Source: Anolis carolinensis
Taxonomy: Eukaryota
Direction of reading: 5' to 3'
Length of the DNA: 64,000 nt
Assembly: GCF_035594765.1 (NCBI RefSeq)
Contig: NW_026943819.1
Span: 3,720,001 to 3,784,000 of the forward strand
Part shown: positions 56,213-64,000 of the stretch, in pieces
Layout of the letters: the number at the start of each line of letters is the position of its first letter
How positions within the stretch are numbered: position 1 is the stretch's first letter
Translations under genes and position numbers: made by a program
Notes under the pieces: generated by a model
The model's input: the letters and a program-made list of their open reading frames with translations, nothing else
Told to the model about the DNA's origin: nothing
The model's database searches: none

Positions 56213-56583
56213 TTTTTTATAAAAAGAAAGAGGACAACATTAATCCCCGATACAGAAACTCCACGCTCTCCAATCATTGTTATGATTTTGAAATACAAAT
56301 TAGTTAGGGCTGTCAAAGACCCCCAAATATTGCAAGCAGCTGCTTTGTGTTCAAATGAGGGGGAGGGTATATAAAGGAGGGTTGGCCGGAGCCTCCCATT
56401 CTTGGCTTTTCTGATGTTCATGTTTCCTACAGTAAAAGTTCCTGGTGATACCACAAAGAGTCTCGTGTGTTCATTCAGGAGCGGCTGTGGTGAGCTGACA
56501 CTAACACATTGCTTTCTAGCTTTGGAAAGGAAGGCTTTTCCCACGATTGTCCCGTGCCAGTTTTCCCCTTTCATTCCTTGCAG

Positions 56584-57013
56584 GGAGAAGTGGGTGGAAA
56601 AGCAAGAGAAGCTCAGAAGGACCATCAAGCAAGTCCTTCCGTGTGACGTGACCCTGGCCAACCCTTTCAACCCTTTGGTGGTCCCTCCAGCCGACTGCGT
56701 CCTCTCCACTTACTGCCTGGAAGTGGCTTCCAAAGATCTTCCCACTTACTGCTCAGGCGTCAGGAATCTAGGTTCCTTGGTCAAATCCGGGGGCCACCTT
56801 GTCTTAGTGATGGCTCTTGGAGGAACCTACTACAACGTTGGGCCAGAGAAGTTCTCTTGCATTTGCCTGGCACCAGAGATGGCCAAAGAGGCCGTCAAAG
56901 AGGCCGGGTTTGATATTATGTGCTTTGAGACCCTCAACTTCAATATGCCAATGACCATGGCTAGTGGCCAGACTGTGGGCTTCCTAGTAGCCCAAAAGCA
57001 TCAAGAAGCCTAG
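56584..57013 (+). CDS. NNMT: NNMT-like gene 5, terminal exon 3a (264-aa isoform)
   Basis: cattccttgcAG acceptor; open frame to TAG. Confidence 0.92.
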
Positions 57014-57222
57014 GTGGCCATTGTTTCCCAAATTGTCATTTGATGAATTCCTAACGCAGGAGTAGTATTTTGAGTGATAGGTTCAATTTGGTCCACACAA
57101 ATAGGCAAAGCTTGCAAACAACAGCATTTGGAGATAACAACTTCCATAATATTCGCAGATGACATGGATACTGGGCATGGTAGACCTTTATTTTGATTTG
57201 CATTGTAAACTCATATCAAAGT

Positions 57223-58920
57223 TGTGAGGTCGTCTTCCAGTTGTGCTGTGGGTTAAGTCTTCTCCAGAAGAAAGCATCAAGACACACACTGGGTACATCC
57301 AAAAAACTTTATTGTACAGAATACCAGAATCTTCTCTGTAGCCCATTTATATAGGGGCTCTCAGATACCTGAGTCCTTGTCTTGCAGTTGTGCTGTGGGT
57401 TAAGTCTTCTCCGGAAGAAAGCACCAAGACACACTCTGGGTAGATCCAAACAACTTTATTGTACAGAATACCAGAATCTTCTCTGTAGCCCATATATATA
57501 GGGGCTCGCACATACCTGAGTTCGTCTTCCAGTTGTGCTGTGGGTTAAGTCTTCTCCAGAAGAAAGCAGATCTATGCTGGGTAGATCCAAACAGCTTTAT
57601 TTTACAGAATTCCAGAATCTTCTCTGTAGCCCATTTATATAGGGGCTCGCACATACCTGAGTCCTCATCTTCCAGTTGTGCTGTGGGTTAAGTCTTCTCC
57701 AGAAGAAAGCACCAAGACACACACTGGGTAGATCCAAACAGCTTTATTGTACAGAATTCCAGAATCTTCTCTGTAGCCCATTTATATAGGGGCTCTTACA
57801 TACCTGAGTCCTCATCTTCCAGTTGTGCTGTGGGTTAAGTCTTCTCCAGACGAAAGCACCAAGAAACACGCTGGGTAGATCCAAACAGCTTTATTGTACA
57901 GAATACCAGAATCTTCTCTGTAGCCCATTTATATAGGGGCTCGCATATACCTGAGTCCTCATCTTCCAGTTGTGCTGTGGGTTAAGTCTTCTCCAGAAGA
58001 AAGCACCAAGACACACGCTGGGTAGATCCAAACAGCTTTATTGTACAGAATACCAGAATCTTCTCTGTAGCCCATTTATATAGGAGCTCGCACATACCTG
58101 AGTCCTCATCTTCCAGTTGTGCTATGGGTTAAGTCTTCTCCAGAAGAAAGCACCAAGAAACACGCTGGGTAGATCCAAACAGCTTTATTGTACAGAATAC
58201 CAGAATCTTCTCTGTCGCCCATTTATATAGGGGCTCTCACATACCTGAGTCCTCATCTTCCAGTTGTGCTGTGGGTTAAGTCTTCTCCAGAAGAAAGCAG
58301 ATCTATGCTGCATAGATCCAAACAGCTTTATTTTACAGAATACTGGAATCTTCTCTGTAGCCCATTTATATAGGGGCTCGCATATACCTGAGTCCTCGTC
58401 TTCCAGTTGTGCTGTGGGTTAAGTCTTCTCCAGAAGAAAGCACCAAGACACACGCTGGGTAGATCCAAACAGCTTTATTGTACAGACTTCCAGAATCTTC
58501 TCTGTAGCCCATTTATATAGGGGCTCGCACATACCTGAGTCCTCATCTTCCAGTTATTCTGTGGGTTAAGTCTTCTCCAGAAGAAAGCACCAAGACACAT
58601 GGTGGGTAGATCCAAACAGCTTTATTGTACAGAATTCCAGAATCTTCTCTGTAGCCCATTTATATAGGGGCTCGCACATACCTGAGTCCTCGTCTTCCAG
58701 TTGTGCTGTGGGTTAAGTCTTCTCCAGAAGAAAGCACCAAGACACATGCTGGCTAGATCCAAACAGCTTTATTGTACAGAATACCAGAATCTTCTCTGTA
58801 GCCCATTTATATAGGGGCTCGCACATACCTGTGGGTAATTGAGATTTTGTGGCTGGCCATCTGTACTTTGTCAGCACATGCTCTGTGTCCGGAGATGGCA
58901 TGAGATGGGGGATCACGACA
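57223..58920 (-). repeat. About 11 x 147-bp tandem array inside a short LTR-like insertion
   Basis: The minus-strand unit contains TATATAAA and AATAAA; TG...CA ends; flanks aaagt/gaagt. Confidence 0.8.
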
Positions 58921-59101
58921 GAAGTCCACAAAAGCTTTGCACGAAGTCACTACTTTGTAGTTTTTGCTGCCCTGATTCATTACTGTTAAGGACGAACCAT
59001 TATTATTTGTGGACATCACGGCCAGCATTGCAAAAATAAATTGTTGCTTAAAACAAACTGTTTCAAGTTCTGTCCCCAATCCCCCCATTCATTCCTTGCA
59101 G

Positions 59102-59558
59102 GGAGACGTGGCCGGAAAAGCAAGAGAAGCTCAGGAGGACCGTCAAGCAAGTCCTGAAATGCGACGTGACTTTGGCCAACCCTTTCCATCCTTTGGTGGT
59201 CCCTCCGGCCGACTGCGTCCTCTCCAGTTGCTGCCTGGAAGGAGCTTCCAAAGATTTTCCTGCTTATCGGTCAGCCCTGAAGAACGTGGCCTCCCTGGTC
59301 AAACCTGGAGGCCACCTGATCTTAGTGATTCCACTTGAAGCCACCTACTACATGGCTGGGCAAAGCAAGTTCTCCGACTGTTTTGTGAAGCCAGAGATGG
59401 TTAAAGTGGCTGTGAAAGAGGTTGGTTTTGATATTGTATGCTTTGAGAACCTCAACGTGGATTTTCCAGTGGCACTGAGTGATGTCAAGGCTTTTGGTTT
59501 TCTAGTAGCCCAAAAGTGCAACAAAGCCGAGGTGGCCACTGGGAAAGCGAAGGAGTGA
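59102..59558 (+). CDS. NNMT: NNMT-like terminal exon 3b, a duplicate with no exon 1/2 of its own (273-aa isoform if joined to gene 5 exon 2)
   Basis: Same cattccttgcAG acceptor and phase as 3a; ETWPEKQEKLRRTVKQVLKCDV... open to TGA. Confidence 0.85.
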
Positions 59559-61842
59559 TTCTCTGAAGGATTCCTGGAGACATAAGCAGTGTTGTCACGC
59601 TTAAACGTGGTGACAGCTAAATCTGACCCACACAATTGGAGAAAGCTTGTAAATATGTTGTCAAGTCTTTCAGGGTTGCTGTATGTTTTCCGGGCTGTAT
59701 GGCCATGTTCTAGAAGTATTCTCTCCTGATGTTTCGCCCACATCTGTGGCAGGCATCTTCGGAGGTTGTGAGGTATGGAGAAACTAAGCAAGGAAGGTTT
59801 ATATGTACAGTAGAGTCTCACTTATCCAAGCTAAACGGGCCGGCAGAAGCCTGGATAAGCGAATATCTTGGAGAATAAGGAGGGATTAAGGAAAAGCCTA
59901 TTAAACATCAAATTAGGTTATGATTTTACAAATGAAGCACCAAAACATCATATTATACAACAAATTTGACAGAAAAAGTAGTTCAATGCGCAGTAAGGCT
60001 ATGTAGTAATTACTGTATTTACAAATTTAGCACCAAAATATCATGATATGTTGAAAACATTGACTACAAAAATGGCTTGGATTATCCAGAAGCTTGGATA
60101 AGTGAGACTCTACTGTATATCTGTGGAAAGTACAGGGTGAGAGAAGAACTCTTTGTCAGTTGGAGGCCAGTGTGAATGTTGTCGTTAATCACCTTGATTA
60201 GCATTGAATAGCTTCATCTCCTGGCTTCTTCCTGCCTGGGGGCATCCTTTGTTCAGAGTCATTAGCTGCCCCTGGTTGATTCATGTCTGGAACTCCTCTG
60301 TTTTCAGAGTGTTGCTTCTTATTTACTGTTCTGATTTTTGAGTTTTTTTAAAACAAAGGACGCCCCCCAGGCTGGAAGAAGCCAGGAGATGAAGCTATTC
60401 AATGCTTCATCTCTGGGTTGTGGTGCAGACTGGTGAGCAGCCTGCTGCAATAAATCACTCTGACCATGAGGTCATGAGTTCGTGGCGGGGTGAGCACCCG
60501 TCAATTAAAAAAAAATAAAAAAATAGCCCCTGCTTGTTGCTGACCTAGCAACCCAAAGGATAGTTGCATCTATCAAGTAGGAAATAAGGTACCACTTATA
60601 AAAGTGGGGAGGCAAATTTAACTAATTTACGATGTTGGAATGAGGAAGTGCCGTCACAGTGGATGATGAAGCAGCTGCTCCCCCTTGTGGCCAGAATCGA
60701 ACATCCCCTCAAGAGAAGGTTAAATTGCCTCTGGGTCTGTCTCTGTCTCAGTTCTATGTGTATTTGGGCATTGAATGTTTGCCCTATATGTATATAATGT
60801 GATCCGCCCTGAGAAGGGTGGAACAGAAATACTGTAAATAAATAAATAATAAACAATCAAGGTGATTAACTACAACATTCACACTGGCCTCCAACTGACA
60901 AAGAATTCTTCTCTCATTCTGGACTTTCCACAGATATATATAAACCTTCCTTGCTTAGTTTCTCCATACCTCACAACCTCTGAGGATGCCTGCCACAGAT
61001 GTGGGTGAAACGCCAGGAGAGAATATTTCTGGAACATGGCCAGACAACCCGGAAAACATACAACAACCCAATGCTTTTTCAAATAAGCTGGGCATCACCG
61101 AGTCCCCAAGCTAGTATAATATATTAACGGGGGTTTTTTGCTTCAAAAAAAGCTAGCATGGAAAGTTGGGATTCTGTGCCTTTATTTTGATTTGATTGAT
61201 ATCCCTTCTTTTCCCCAAAGCAGCTTGCAAAACAAATTGAAATTGAGAGATCCACAAAGGGTTTACACCAAGTTATTTTAGTTTGTCTCCCCTTCGTGGT
61301 TTTTGCTGCCCTGAAATAAAGCTAACTCCTCTCTGTTCCTAATCCATTCATATTAAAAGCCAACCAGTTCTAGTTCTCAAAAAAACGCTGTTTGCTTCTG
61401 CACTTATCAGACAACGTGACTCATATTTCACTAATAAAATGTTGCTCAAAACACTCCATTTGAAATCCTTGAAAACACAATCTGTCCAAAAAAAACAACA
61501 ACTCAAAAGAGCCACAACGAGAGATGGAAACATAGCATTGGGAAGCTCACCTTGCATCCTTGGTTTCCATCTTTGCTTGGTGATACCTTTGGTCATCCAA
61601 GAACAATGTTTTTCCAATAGGAATATTTGGCATCAGTATGAAGCAAAGCGCAGCGTTGCCAGTGCAATTTGTTGTTGAACTTTTGCTATAATTTATTTTA
61701 TTTATTACAGCATTTCTACCCCGCCCTTCTCACCCAGTACGTGGACTCAGGGCGGCTTACAATATAAAACACATATAATAATATTTCAACTCGATTTAAA
61801 ATTAAATTACATTAAAAACATTCATAAACACACATATAAATA

Positions 61843-62490
61843 CAGTAGAGTCTCACTTATCCAAGCCTCGCTTATCCAAGCTTCTGGATAATCCAAGCCA
61901 TTTTTGTAGTCAATGTTTTCAATATACAGTAGAGTCTCACTTATCCAACACTCGCTTATCCAACATTCTGGATTATCCAATGCATTTTTGTAGTCAATGT
62001 TTTCAATATATCATGATATTTTGGTGCGAAATTCGTAAATACAGTAATTACTACGTAGCATTACTGCGTATTGAACTACTTTTTCTGCCAGATTTGTTGT
62101 ATAACATGATGTTTTGGTGCTTAATTTGTAAAATCATAACTTAATTTGATGTTTAATAGGCTTCTCCTTAATCTCTCCTTATTATCCAACATATTGGCTT
62201 ATCCAACATTCTGCCGGCCCGTTTATGTTGGATAAGTGAGACTCTACTGTATCATGATATTTTGGTGCTAAATTCGTAAATACAGTAATTACAACATAAC
62301 ATTACTGCGGATTGAACTACTTTTTCTGACAAATTTGTTGTATAACATGATGTTTTGGCGCTTAATTTGTAAAATCATAACCTAATTTGATGTTTAATAG
62401 GCTTTTCCTTAATCCCTCCTTATTATCCAAGATATTCGCTTATCCAAGCTTCTGCCGGCCCATTTAGCTTGGATAAGTGAGACTCTACTG
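61843..62490. mobile_element. Nested mariner-type MITEs (inner 61927-62249)
   Basis: TIRs and TA duplications are visible. Confidence 0.85.
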
Positions 62491-63045
62491 TATTTGGCAT
62501 CAGAATGAAGCAAAGCGCAGCATTGCAAGTGCAATTTGTTGTTGACCTTTTGCTATAATTTATTTTATTTATTACAGCATTTCTACCCCACCCTTCTCAC
62601 CCAGTACGTGGACTCAGGGCGGCTTACAATATAAAACACATATATAACAGTTACAATAATATTTCAACTTGATTTAAAATTAAATTACATTAAAAACATT
62701 CATAAATACACATATAAATAGGTATTTAGGCGCTTTATAATGTTAAGATCCCATGCTTAAGCCTTGCCAAGTTTCTATGCTTGTGATGTTCTTCCATGAA
62801 TGGTTGCAATATACATACATGTAATCCATGTTGACGAATATAGATATGTTGCACATGCTGTGGCATAGTATTATATACAAATGCATGTTTAAGTTTATTA
62901 GGATCCTACATGTTGTTTAGTTAATAGGTAAATATATAATGGGAGTTGGCCAGCAAAGGGTGGTAGAGGTGTTCAATGTGTTGTCGAAGGCTTTCATGGC
63001 CGGGATCACAGGGTTGTTGTGTGTTGTGAGGTATAAACCTCACAA

Positions 63046-63086
63046 CCTCTGAGGATGCCTGCCATAGATGTGGGCGAAACGTCAGG
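63046..63086 (+). ncRNA. Minimal type I hammerhead ribozyme
   Basis: Same intact core with a GUC triplet. Confidence 0.65.
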
Positions 63087-64000
63087 AGAGAATGCTTCTG
63101 GAACATGGCCAGGACAACAACCCTAGAGGGTGGCAGAATCTCCTTTAGAGATGTCATGTTTTGAACCACCCAAGGTCTTTCTCACTGGAAGGGTAGAACT
63201 GTGGGAATGAGATAATGTTTGGATTGTTTGACAAAGAGAAGAAAAGACTGCGAAAAATACAATGCCTATTACAGTCTGACAAATAGTGAAACAGCCTACG
63301 AAATGTTTAGAAGGTGGTCGGTTTGATAATAAGCATGATGTAGTAGCGATTTCTTGATCTTTATCAATAAAGCTTATCTCCAGTGATGGCATGTATGTCG
63401 GCTTTTTTGCAAAATTATCATTAAAGGCACCACAGGGAGCCCCGAAGTTTCTAGCAGTGGGTTCGGAGGGGAAGACACTTGAGTTAAATCTCTCAACGTG
63501 GCTGGATATGGATCCACACACACTTTCTTTGCTTCACATATGGCCACCTTATAGGTGTCCTTACCAAGTCTGGTTGCACAGAACTTGGGTTTTCCTCCAT
63601 GTGCCCTATAGCTGTCAATTCCTTGAGAGTCTCTGTATAACAAGGAGACTAGAGAGGATGTTTGGAACCAACCATGTCAAAAGCCCTAGTTAGATGTTTA
63701 TGCCACTTATTGACCAGGTCTTCAAAAGGATCCTTAGTGATCCCAGCCATAGAGCCCTCTGAGGCCTCCTGGCACCTCAAAGGACCCACTCGTCTTTGAA
63801 AGTGGACCATGTTAATAGGTTCCCCAGCTCTTGATATTATCCCTGACCAGATAATGGTCTGTCCATGACAAGTCACCTCTGCCCAGAGATGCATATGTTG
63901 AAGGACACATCAAGCTGAAGGACATATCAAGCTGAAGGACACATCAAGGGTATGATTTGATTAGTATGTTGGTCTGGAAACGAGTTGGGATAAGCCCACG

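Noticed and set aside
57223-58830. Possible CRISPR-like array (also 4064-4990)
   Set aside because: No unique spacers, no cas genes, vertebrate DNA.
59102-59558. Exon 3b as a separate sixth gene or processed pseudogene
   Set aside because: No exon 1/2 is visible upstream, and it keeps an intronic acceptor without fused exons.
63123-63894. Several short ORFs near the window end
   Set aside because: They look like a decayed L2/CR1-type LINE, with no coherent frame or splice structure.

Overview
This is eukaryotic vertebrate DNA, almost certainly from a squamate reptile (Sauria SINEs and an Anolis-like repeat complement), with two assembly gaps (28419-28555, 35129-35258). It holds the last four coding exons of an NXPE-family gene (+, 1363-8737), then a tandem cluster of five intact three-exon NNMT/INMT/PNMT-family methyltransferase genes arranged >> << >. 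All five have a 208-nt exon 2 and intron phases 1 and 2; the NXPE neighbour fits the NNMT locus. Main observations: (1) gene 5 has two intact, diverged terminal exons (3a 56584-57013, 3b 59102-59558) with no exon 1 or 2 between them, suggesting one gene makes two enzymes with different acceptor pockets; (2) substrate-pocket residues differ across all six C-terminal modules; (3) a 1.2-kb solo LTR encodes an acidic ORF with an LF...FxGF motif resembling LEDGF/TFIIS-N-terminal-domain-interacting motifs; (4) an LTR-derived 147-bp array of antisense TATA/poly(A) units lies between exons 3a and 3b. Also present are an orphan promoter copy, a probable gene-conversion tract, self-nesting MITEs, a Helitron concatemer, TAA-associated R4/Dong LINEs and Penelope hammerhead ribozymes. 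All comparisons were made by eye; reference motifs are recalled from memory.
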